Under the pieces are notes generated by a model that was not told the DNA's origin, did not search any database, and was given only the letters and a program-made list of their open reading frames with translations. A program made the translations under genes and the position numbers. Shown here in pieces: positions 50,062-59,156 of a DNA stretch of 64,000 nucleotides. Location of the stretch: assembly GCA_037305845.1 (NCBI GenBank), contig CP147778.1, positions 2,432,001 to 2,496,000 on the forward strand, in the 5' to 3' direction. This DNA is from Candidatus Freyarchaeum deiterrae. GTDB taxonomy: Archaea > Asgardarchaeota > Jordiarchaeia > Jordiarchaeales > Jordiarchaeaceae. Within the stretch, counting starts at the first letter, position 1. Each line of letters begins with the position of its first letter.

Positions 50062-50646
50062 CTTGGTACGTCTACCTCCTATTGGTCTCCTTTGTTTGCT
50101 AAACGACGATGCATAGGAGGCTTTTAAGGTTTGAAATTTGCTTCTATTAAATTCAACTTCTGAACTTTGAACCTTTTATTTGGGGGTGCTCTAATACTTT
50201 CATTTATTTTTTTTTCAATCAGTTATTTTCTATTAACTAGATATTTATACAATTAATAATTTTATAATTTTAGTTTTTTATTTTATTAATAATATGTTCT
50301 TTAAAAAAATGTATCAAACCAAACGTTTAAATTGTTTGAGAAAGAAGTAATAATCAAGCTGTTATAAGGAAGACAGCCCGGAGATAAAACTAGGTGAGGA
50401 GGGGTCCCTTACTTATCTCTTACTAAAGAAACAATTCAACCACAAAATTAGTTCAAAATTACAGAACTAAAATTTATCAGAACTCTTTTAGACCTGATTC
50501 AAATTTCAGATAATAGAATCATTTTGCTAGATTCCAATTAAATTTTAACATACTCCTGCTGAAACATGAGCAAGTTTTTTGGTCGAAAAGGCTTTATTAG
50601 ATTTCGCGCTTATAATATAACTCACAAACATAATGGGTGGTATGAA

Positions 50647-51495
50647 TTGTCTAGTAAACCTTGTTACATGCTTATGCTTCAAATTGAACGCGGAGATAAG
50701 GTTCCCATCCCATTCAGACAAGAAAACCTGTCTGACGATAAGATTATTGCACTTATAGACGAGTCTAAAAGCTCTTTATACCTCTGGGTCGGAAAAGACT
50801 CTAGTGACGTCAACAAAAGGTCGGCCACGCGTACTGCGCAATCAATAAAAAAATCGGGATTTTCATACGGGCAACTTCACATAGGACACGACCTGAAGGA
50901 CCTAAAGGTTGTCGATGCATCCAACCCGGACGATCCAGAAACCCGCAATAATCAATCAGAGTTAACCGCGATTTTCCGTCGTAAATTCACAAAGAAGGAC
51001 CAATTTGTGATGGAGATCGGAGCAAAACCACAGGCTGCCCCAGCTGTCCCGCCAGTGGAAAAGGAAGCGTACACACCGAAGCCTGAACCTAAAATTATTG
51101 CTCCTAAAAAACCTGCTTCTGTTCCGAAACCTGTTTTTGTCTCTGAGCCAGAACCGATCGCTGAGGAAGTTGAACCGACTCCGGAACCCGTAGCAACACC
51201 AAAACCAGTTATTCGCGAAGAATTACCTTCGGCTGTTGACCCAGAATTGGTTGGGCAAGTTAAACTCGGGCTTTTGACTACCATTCTAGCTACCAAATTT
51301 TCAGGTTACGTATTTAAATCCACTTTGTCCAGCGATGGGAAGCCAATATATGAGTTTTCAAGCAGTGGAGGCTCTCTTTGTAAAGTCTCTCTAGAAGGAA
51401 GCGACCTTATCATTTTCCCGGATTCCAGATTTGGCGGAATGAGAGAAGATATAGTTAAAATGCTGAAGAGTAAGGTTAGTTCCCTTAAATTATAG
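50647..51495 (+). CDS. Gelsolin-domain protein with Pro/Glu-rich linker and C-terminal domain
   Basis: 'LSDDKIIALIDE....LYLWVGKDSSDVNKRSA...AQSI' gelsolin-repeat pattern; PKPEP/PEP-rich linker. TTG start at 50647 preferred. Confidence 0.75.
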   Translation: MSSKPCYMLMLQIERGDKVPIPFRQENLSDDKIIALIDESKSSLYLWVGKDSSDVNKRSATRTAQSIKKSGFSYGQLHIGHDLKDLKVVDASNPDDPETRNNQSELTAIFRRKFTKKDQFVMEIGAKPQAAPAVPPVEKEAYTPKPEPKIIAPKKPASVPKPVFVSEPEPIAEEVEPTPEPVATPKPVIREELPSAVDPELVGQVKLGLLTTILATKFSGYVFKSTLSSDGKPIYEFSSSGGSLCKVSLEGSDLIIFPDSRFGGMREDIVKMLKSKVSSLKL

Positions 51496-51526
51496 ACTCA
51501 CTCTCTTCTTTCCCCTCTTCTTATTT

Positions 51527-52291
51527 TTATATAACTTTTAGTGCAAAAGTCATATATCCAGTGTGCCCTATCATTCTGGTCTCTGGTCTGGTTTTTCCCT
51601 CTTCTACATTGATGTATCTAACGATGCATTCTAGTGTTGTCAAGTCGATGAAGTTTTGTTTTTCCAGTTCCTTCACTGTTTTTTGCACCTGTTCAATAGT
51701 GGGGGAATATGAAGAGAAGTGTCCTCCCGCTATTAGTGCATCGTAAGCCAGTTTAACCGCTAACCATGGTGTAGCCATGTCCAGTATGACGGCGTCTACT
51801 TGTTTTTCTTCTATGCCCTCCAGAATGTCTTTATTTTTGAGTTCCACGTAATCCAGAACTCCCGTTTTTTCGAGGTTTTTTCTAGCTATTTTTAGGAACT
51901 CCTCCCTATTCTCGTAACTGTAGACCTTACCGGAAGGTTTAACATAATTCGCTAAAATGCTGGTGAGCGCACCGCTACCGGTACCCGCTTCCACAACCCG
52001 GCTACCAGGAATTACACCCGTGTTCAACAAGATGAAACCCATGTCTTTGGGATAGATTATCTGTGTGGCTCTCTGCATCTTCAAAAGCAAATCCATGGGA
52101 GTTGGCTTGACCGCGTAAAATTTATAATTTAGGTTGCTCAAAACCATGGTTCCATACGGTTTACCTATGATATCAGCAAAGTTTACTGCTCCTTTGTGAG
52201 TATGGTGAATTTTTCCCTCTTCAGCTTTAAGAAGCCATCTCCTCTTCCTATCGTATATTAATAGCACATAGTCGCCTACGTTAATGCTCAT
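51527..52291 (-). CDS. trmI: tRNA (adenine-N1)-methyltransferase TrmI/Gcd14
   Basis: 'QIIYPKD', 'VVEAGTGSGALT', 'LDMATPW', 'YSPTIEQV', 'HTGY'. Confidence 0.93.
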   Translation of the reverse strand: MSINVGDYVLLIYDRKRRWLLKAEEGKIHHTHKGAVNFADIIGKPYGTMVLSNLNYKFYAVKPTPMDLLLKMQRATQIIYPKDMGFILLNTGVIPGSRVVEAGTGSGALTSILANYVKPSGKVYSYENREEFLKIARKNLEKTGVLDYVELKNKDILEGIEEKQVDAVILDMATPWLAVKLAYDALIAGGHFSSYSPTIEQVQKTVKELEKQNFIDLTTLECIVRYINVEEGKTRPETRMIGHTGYMTFALKVI

Positions 52292-53344
52292 TTCTTCTCA
52301 CTTCTCTGCTCTAGATTCGGTTCTCCTATGAGTGGGATTTCAGCGCCGCATTTAGGGCATTTTTTATCAGGGGTAATCCGATACTTGGTGATGCTAAAAA
52401 TATATCTCTCTATGAGTAGTTCTCCGCAAACTGGGCACCAGGTGTTCTCGCCGCTGTGTCCCGGTACATTTCCTATGTAGACGTATTTTAGGCCTTCACT
52501 GAGTCCTATCTGCCTGGCTATTTCCAGTGTTTCTGTCGGCGTGGTGTCTCTGTCCATCATTCGATATTCCGGGTGGAACTTGGTTAGATGCCAAGGCATG
52601 TTTTCGTCTTCCCTATTTATTCTTTTAGCTATGCTTCTTAAACAGTCTTCATCATCATTTACTTCGGGAATCACTAGTGTTGTTACTTCGATATGTATCC
52701 CCCTCTTCTTTGATTCGTGAATGTTGCTCCAAACATAATCGACGTCAGCTCCGCAGTACTTCTGCACGTTTTCCTTACACCCCTTTACATCCACATTCAT
52801 AGCATCCATGCCGCTTTCTATAAGAAGATTCAGAGCCTCGGGAGTCATGTAGCCATTGGTCACATAAGTATTGTAGTATCCCCTCTCTTTCGCAAGCCTA
52901 AACACGTCCAGAGAGTACTCTAACATTAGAGTAGGCTCGTTAAAAGAAATAGAGGTTCCCTGACACTTATAGGCCTTAACCAGCTTCATAAACTGCTCCG
53001 GGCTTACATAATTCTTGGACTCATCCGGAGGATGTTTCGAGATCTCCCAATTTTGACACCAAGGGCAGAAAAAAGTTGCATCCCCAGGAGCCGACAGTTA
53101 GAGCTTTTGAACCGGGGTAAAAATGGAAGAATGGTTTCTTTTCGATGGGGTTTGCGCTTAGGGAGGAGATGTCACCGTAGATTAACGTGTATAACTTTCC
53201 ATCAATGTTTTTTCTTGTTTTGCATACTCCAGTTCCACCTTCTGGGATTACGCATTTACGCATGCAAGTGAGGCATCTAATTTTTCCATTTTCGTTTCCT
53301 TCACTCAGTATTGCCTCTTTCAAACAGTCTTCATTATTTCTCAT
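52288..53344 (-). pseudogene. AmmeMemoRadiSam-system radical SAM enzyme split by a 1-nt frameshift (pseudogene or sequence error)
   Basis: 'CLTCMRKC..G.C', 'PIEKKPFFHFYPGS', 'GCNF', then one extra T in T6 (53069-53074). Removing it restores CNFFCPWCQNWEIS and joins in frame to 'SFNEPT..VTNG..YVYIGN'. Confidence 0.85.
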
Positions 53345-53723
53345 TTGAAAATCCTCATTTTAGGTTTCAGCCCATTTTTTTGAAAATAATGGTTTTTAAA
53401 CTTGAAAATCAGGTAACATTATAATATGGCTTATTTTAAATTCTTCTGCTCATAAATAAGATTTTGAAGTTGGCTTTCTGATTTTCTTCAATGTTTTAGA
53501 TCTTCTTTTGAACGGCTGTAACTGTCCACTCTATCCCTTGCCCTTTTTTCCTTCACACCTAGTGAAATAAATGGATAACATTTTTGTCAGACAAAAACTA
53601 AAAAGCATACTCACAGCGTTAGTCTTAGAACCAAAGTGTTTCTTCAAAAGAAAATCTTATATATAAATTATCTTAATAATGATTCATAAAATTTTGTTCA
53701 CTAAGTGGCTGGTTGATGATAGT

Positions 53724-54089
53724 ATGTCTAAAGATATACAAATACCACCTGCGGTTCCTCTCAAACTCAGCAGTTTAGAGGATTTGGCGAGGATGCTAGT
53801 TTTTTGGATGTCTCGAGAAAGAGGCGCTTCAATTCTGTATTTCAAAAAGGATGGAAAGCATGTCTACGGCGCTCTAACAGTGAGCTTCCCCGGATACTAT
53901 GAACTTAGAGGACTTCCACTATTCATATGTGTGGTTAACGATGAGGCTCCTAAAGGGCAGTTTCTCCGATATCAGGGAACGCCTGAAGAGTCCATAACTT
54001 TCGTAAAATCCTTAGAAATGGATCCCAAATACCAATTCATTCCCATAATAAAACTCGCCGAAGCTCCGAAGTTCGTAGGAAACCTATAA
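53724..54089 (+). CDS. Conserved archaeal hypothetical protein
   Basis: 'LSSLEDLARM...YYELRGLP...IPIIKL'. Confidence 0.7.
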   Translation: MSKDIQIPPAVPLKLSSLEDLARMLVFWMSRERGASILYFKKDGKHVYGALTVSFPGYYELRGLPLFICVVNDEAPKGQFLRYQGTPEESITFVKSLEMDPKYQFIPIIKLAEAPKFVGNL

Positions 54090-54195
54090 ACCTGAACAAT
54101 TCCCATCTAAACCGGAATAGTCTCTTTAATTTAGAGAACCTGCTCAACCAAAATATCTCTACATAAATAATTGATTAGCGGGTATCTCACTTTTT

Positions 54196-55590
54196 TTAGA
54201 AACTCACTTGTTTCGAGGGCGATCTGGCGAAGCTCCAAACAAAAGCTAGGAACCAGAATACTGAGAGGCCGACTATGGCTATCAGTGTGATGATGCTGTT
54301 TGTTGAGACAAGATACCAGACTTGATATACAATGCCAAGGAAAGCGGGATTCCCTGTGTCTACGAAAAAGTATATGAAAATTTGCTGAATTTCATTAAGG
54401 GGAATGTACAGGTTAAACCAGTACTGATACGGAACATATTTTGCTACTAGGCTGGGTAATGTGTACAGGTACCATGAAATGTACTGTGGTATCGTGGCTA
54501 ATTGGATTATGAACTTGCCAGTGAAGTAGTCTACTGCTATAAATGCTCCGGCGAAAATGAAGCCTATTATTGAGGGGTTTAAGCCTAATCCTTTCTGAAT
54601 TCCTTTAATTAGACCTATGAGAGTCACTACGCCGAATATTCCGAGGCAGATCCAATTGATGTAATCGAATAGAAGCCCTGGACTCCCACCCCAGGTAAGA
54701 TATCCCGAGGGGCTTATTCCCGGGAAGTAAACGTATGGTAAAGTAAAGTATGCTAAAACTAGGAAAACTGCCATCTGAAAAACCGCAAGCAGTCTGTATG
54801 GTACTTCCGTCATTTTTACTCCATAGGTGTTCGCTTCAAATTCTCCCGCACCTGCAAAAATTAGCCAGATTACAGAGCCAATCGCTAGGGCATCGACTAT
54901 GCACATGGCAATCGCGTACACCATTACCATGATATTGGTCCATATGCTCCAAATCCAATTGGCCATCAAGAAAAAGACTTGACCGTTGTAAAAAATATAA
55001 GCGGCATAAATCGGCAGTGGACATATCATGAGCACGAGAAGAGCCCCAAACAGTATTCTGGCTCCACTGCTTCTCTTCCACACCCACTCACTCTTGGTTA
55101 CTATTCTACCCGCAAGGATAATCCCTCCAACGACGCCTAGAATGGGGGAAATCATTGGAAGTAAGAAAAATAGTATAACTATCAGAGTGTTGAAGCCGTA
55201 AAAAATCCTATACCGGAGAGGAATAATCGTTGTGCTACTGTTCATAGCTGAAAACGTGTTAGCTAAACGCGTCCTATTTAAATATATGAACAAGACCCAG
55301 GGCAGCGAGAAAAAGATGGGAGCAACCACATAATTAATTAGAGTATCTACAAGGCTAGATTGGAGACCAAATTGGAGGAGCTGTATAATAATTTGATAAA
55401 TGGGGGCGCCCTCAAGAATCGGATAAATCTGGAAAGGAAATTGATGAATCTTGTAAGGAGAAATACCAAACAAAATCAGGAAATATATCGGCAAAGCTAT
55501 TGCACAAAGCACAACCAGCAGCCTAACCGCTATAACTCCACCGAATCTTCTACTCATCGGGAGATCCTCCAAAAGATAAGCTCCAGACAA
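54196..55590 (-). CDS. Multi-pass membrane protein of unknown function
   Basis: About 10 hydrophobic segments over 464 aa. Confidence 0.75.
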   Translation of the reverse strand: MSGAYLLEDLPMSRRFGGVIAVRLLVVLCAIALPIYFLILFGISPYKIHQFPFQIYPILEGAPIYQIIIQLLQFGLQSSLVDTLINYVVAPIFFSLPWVLFIYLNRTRLANTFSAMNSSTTIIPLRYRIFYGFNTLIVILFFLLPMISPILGVVGGIILAGRIVTKSEWVWKRSSGARILFGALLVLMICPLPIYAAYIFYNGQVFFLMANWIWSIWTNIMVMVYAIAMCIVDALAIGSVIWLIFAGAGEFEANTYGVKMTEVPYRLLAVFQMAVFLVLAYFTLPYVYFPGISPSGYLTWGGSPGLLFDYINWICLGIFGVVTLIGLIKGIQKGLGLNPSIIGFIFAGAFIAVDYFTGKFIIQLATIPQYISWYLYTLPSLVAKYVPYQYWFNLYIPLNEIQQIFIYFFVDTGNPAFLGIVYQVWYLVSTNSIITLIAIVGLSVFWFLAFVWSFARSPSKQVSF

Positions 55591-55727
55591 TACTTAAAAT
55601 AAGGCGTCGCTCAAAACTAAAAAATGTTTCTATTCCCCCAACCCAGCAAACACTAGCATAAACAAGAGAAGCAGAAAAACAGAAGCTATGATTAGCCTAA
55701 ATTCGATTTTCTAATTTAATGTTGATT

Positions 55728-56255
55728 CTATTTCGTTTTTAGGACGAATTCCCATTCACACCATAGATTCTCATCATGCTCATCCGGAGGACACACAACA
55801 CAATTCGCCTCCATCTTTGGATTAAACGCCTTTGCAAACTCTTTCAAATAAGTCCATCTAACCTCCTTGCAGGGAAATTCGCCAACCCCTTTCCTTATTC
55901 TGGCTTTTTGGGTGCGGCAACTAGTAACTCTGAACACCACTCTATCCGATTTACTCTCCCACTCCTTCTCCTCCTGGTACAAAGCCCAGCTGGTGGCTCT
56001 CAGCATCGTCGTAAATGACTCCAAATCATTATTTTTTAATCCCAAAAGCTCTTTTAAATCTCTAGCTTCCAACTTCGCCAATGTATTCCAACAGTTTCTG
56101 TCAATGTTTGTAGCAGCATCAGTACCAAAATTTTCCTCAATTCCTAGAAAATAGAAGCCATCAACTCTCCAAATGTTACCAACCTGTAACGATAGCAGGT
56201 CCACCAATTTTTGTTTTGAAAGACTCTGCAACCAGTTTCTATCCTCGCCGTTCAT
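55728..56255 (-). CDS. DUF6125-like protein (V4R/ATC-hydrolase-like)
   Basis: 'VDGFYFLGIE..FG.D.A', 'CRTQ.AR...FPCK', 'CPPDEH....CEWEF'. Confidence 0.75.
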   Translation of the reverse strand: MNGEDRNWLQSLSKQKLVDLLSLQVGNIWRVDGFYFLGIEENFGTDAATNIDRNCWNTLAKLEARDLKELLGLKNNDLESFTTMLRATSWALYQEEKEWESKSDRVVFRVTSCRTQKARIRKGVGEFPCKEVRWTYLKEFAKAFNPKMEANCVVCPPDEHDENLWCEWEFVLKTK

Positions 56256-56518
56256 TTTAATTCACCGTCACTTAGGTTACTAGTCCAGAATAAATATTTT
56301 CACATATTCAATTTCGTTTTTTTACCATGCAGTGAACTTTGTATTAAAACTTTGCAACACTTAAAAGATTACTGACCAAGATGATAACTTATATTAAATT
56401 TTCTTGAAGAAGTGCCCATTTTTGTTCCAAAACAGGTGAAAAACAATAGATAAATTTATGAGGAGTGATACAAATAATATCAAAACTGAAATAGCTATGG
56501 CGAATTACTCCTAATGGT

Positions 56519-57040
56519 TTGGGACTGGAATTGGAGGATGAATCTAGAAAACAGGTTCAAGAGTACTTGGAACTGTGTCAAAAACATATAGACGAAATGA
56601 GAAAAAAATTCGGGATCGAAATAGATTCAGCTGAATCCATAATCGAACACTCCGACAAGCAATTGGAACTCGCAGACGACATAAACACTTACCTCCAGGG
56701 AATAATAGAGTACCTAGAACTAAGAAAGAGGACAATGAACGAGTTCCTCTCCCAGCTATTCTGGATAAAACAGGCGCTCAACTCCACAAAATCCGAAGAA
56801 ATTTCCTTCTATCTACGCAACTCCCTCGAAGGACTAATAGACATGGAAACCCTACTAGACCGAGAAAACGAGCTTCTAATAAACTTTGAAAAAAGAGTTC
56901 AAACCATAAGAAACTTCCTAGACTTCGTTGAGGGAACAAAAAAAGAAATAGAAAACTACAAAAAATTCTACCCCGAACTCATAAACAAACTAGACGAAAT
57001 AATAAAAAACACTAAAGAAACCCCCCCAAAAACAACCTGA
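56519..57040 (+). CDS. Hypothetical coiled-coil protein
   Basis: 173-aa helical, E/K/L-rich ORF. Confidence 0.65.
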   Translation: MGLELEDESRKQVQEYLELCQKHIDEMRKKFGIEIDSAESIIEHSDKQLELADDINTYLQGIIEYLELRKRTMNEFLSQLFWIKQALNSTKSEEISFYLRNSLEGLIDMETLLDRENELLINFEKRVQTIRNFLDFVEGTKKEIENYKKFYPELINKLDEIIKNTKETPPKTT

Positions 57041-57095
57041 ACATATCACACAAAAAAATCCCAAACAAAATTTTCTATCCCCCTTTTTAAAAGAA

Positions 57096-57875
57096 TTATC
57101 CTATTGCTTCGTTAATTTTTTCTTTTATTTCCTTGGCAGACAATTTTGGATCTTCCGACTGATAGATTGAACGTCCTACAATAGCGTAAGTGGTTCCCGC
57201 ACGGAAAGCCTCGCCTATTTCACCCCCCTGAAAACCGATACCCGGACTAAAAATCGGAATCTTTCCACCAACGATTTCAGAAACCCTCTCAATTATCTTC
57301 GGCTGTGTAGCTCCAACCACAACCCCATCAGCCCCCCATGACTTCGACTTCTCAGCAAAAATCTCATACTGAAAACGGGTCTCACCATCCGCGTTAACCA
57401 CTTTTTGACCATATCCCTCCTCAGCGCCCGGATGAGACATGTACACCAATAGAATGACGCCCTTCCCGTAGTCCTTCGCGACGCTAAAGACAGAGTCTAA
57501 TCCGCCCTTCCACCCTACGAAAGGATTAGCGATCAGAGCATCAAAACCCGCCTCGAAAAAGTAATGCGAAGCCCACTCATTAGTATGTTCCACATCATTC
57601 AGTTTACAATCCATAATGAGAGGGAGACCATAGTGAGCCGCATCCTCAATCAACAATCTGAGATCATCAAAAAGACCGAGAGGAAGCAATAACTGAAAAT
57701 TAATCTTAACCCCCACAATATGCTCCTCAACATCACTCAGAATCCTTCGAGATTTTACCAGTAATTTTCTCTTAAAATCCTTCGCACCAACTGACGGAGA
57801 CAAATCCAACGCTAAAACCACACGACTCCCATTCTCTCTAACACGTTTTTCAAGCTTCCCACTAAAAACCGACAT
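57096..57875 (-). CDS. pyrF: Orotidine-5'-phosphate decarboxylase
   Basis: 'LALD', 'GVK', 'DCKLNDVEHT', 'SPGIGFQGG', 'IVGRSIY'. Confidence 0.93.
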   Translation of the reverse strand: MSVFSGKLEKRVRENGSRVVLALDLSPSVGAKDFKRKLLVKSRRILSDVEEHIVGVKINFQLLLPLGLFDDLRLLIEDAAHYGLPLIMDCKLNDVEHTNEWASHYFFEAGFDALIANPFVGWKGGLDSVFSVAKDYGKGVILLVYMSHPGAEEGYGQKVVNADGETRFQYEIFAEKSKSWGADGVVVGATQPKIIERVSEIVGGKIPIFSPGIGFQGGEIGEAFRAGTTYAIVGRSIYQSEDPKLSAKEIKEKINEAIG

Positions 57876-57962
57876 GAAAAGCCACCCAACAAAAGAAAAG
57901 CAAAACTAGTAAAAAAAACTATCCATCCACAAACAAATAAACGAGAAAAAATACTTCGCAGA

Positions 57963-58436
57963 TTAGATAAGTCCTAGTATTACATTAATCACTTTAGGAA
58001 TAACTGCTTTAATCTCTGGTGAAAGATCCATGTCGTACTCCTTATAATTTTTCGGCTCTACACCAACCAGCACCAACTCTGGAGGCAACTTACCCGTCTC
58101 TTTGCCAATCCTGAGAGCAGACAACAAATCCATTTCATGAAGAGAAAAAAACTTAACCACACCCTTCAACAACCTATCAATATCCACCACGTAAATTTGA
58201 CCCGGTTCACCGCCACCCAAAACAGCATCTACAATAATTACTTTATCAGCACCCTCCATAAGATTAAGAATCGAAACACCACCTGTCCCACCATCAAAAA
58301 ATTCAACATTAGGCGGCAAATTAATCTCGTTTAACTCCTCAACAATATGCACTCCCAATCCCTCATCACCAAGCAACAGGTTACCAACACCAATGATTAT
58401 CGTATGTTTTATCTTTGTTATTTTTAATACCTCCAT
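57963..58436 (-). CDS. Hydrogenase maturation protease (HyaD/HycI family)
   Basis: 'GVGNLLLGDEGLG', 'DGGTG', 'IIVDA', 'SLHE'. Confidence 0.92.
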   Translation of the reverse strand: MEVLKITKIKHTIIIGVGNLLLGDEGLGVHIVEELNEINLPPNVEFFDGGTGGVSILNLMEGADKVIIVDAVLGGGEPGQIYVVDIDRLLKGVVKFFSLHEMDLLSALRIGKETGKLPPELVLVGVEPKNYKEYDMDLSPEIKAVIPKVINVILGLI

Positions 58437-58630
58437 CCTAAAAGGATTCTCCTCCGTATTAAAAAATTATTGGAAGCACATCAATGTAAATATTTGAATC
58501 AGGGTTTATGGAAACACGGGAGGAAAACTTTCAGAAACAGCGTAGAATAAAATTCAAAGCTTATAAGAGATAATAGAGAAATTAAACGACGAGAGTTGGG
58601 TGAAAAGTTTTATGCTCCTAAAATAAGGTA

Positions 58631-58909
58631 TTGTTAGAGGGATTAACGGAGATGAAAATAACAAAGAGCTGGGACTACGCCACTGGGGAATACGTGGCAA
58701 AAATTGTTGAAGGAAAAAGAAAATCTACTGTAAGAGTCGGTAGCACGCTAGATGTGGATGTTGCTCGTGACGACGCGTTAGATCTGGATTACTCTATCGA
58801 TGACTTGGCGGTGAAGGTTAGCGGCGACAAAGAATTAGCCATCCAAGCCGCCGGAGCAAAGGGACTAAAAGCCTATTTGAACGAATATTTAGAAATGAAA
58901 AGAGATTGA
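58631..58909 (+). CDS. Small hypothetical protein (ATG at 58652 possible)
   Basis: Open frame with typical composition; no motif recognised. Confidence 0.6.
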   Translation: MLEGLTEMKITKSWDYATGEYVAKIVEGKRKSTVRVGSTLDVDVARDDALDLDYSIDDLAVKVSGDKELAIQAAGAKGLKAYLNEYLEMKRD

Positions 58910-59156
58910 GGCAACCCTATTTGCTAGTTTTAATTCGCTCCAACTTAATTCTCTGCCCTGTTAAGCATTCCTTCGACTATTAACGCCTAGCCGAACATAA
59001 CAAGGATTCCCTCTACCTAGATTGCATGAAGCCATTCTGCTGTCTAGAAATAGTGTTATTGGTGGATAGCAACTGCCGCAAACATTACCTTATTAAGCAT
59101 ATTCGATTCAATTGAATCAATACTAAAATAGGGAGTTAAGAGAGAAGTGAACTATT

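Noticed and set aside
53069-53074. Radical SAM gene break as a fourth intron
   Set aside because: It is only a single extra T in a homopolymer, with no hairpin or BHB.
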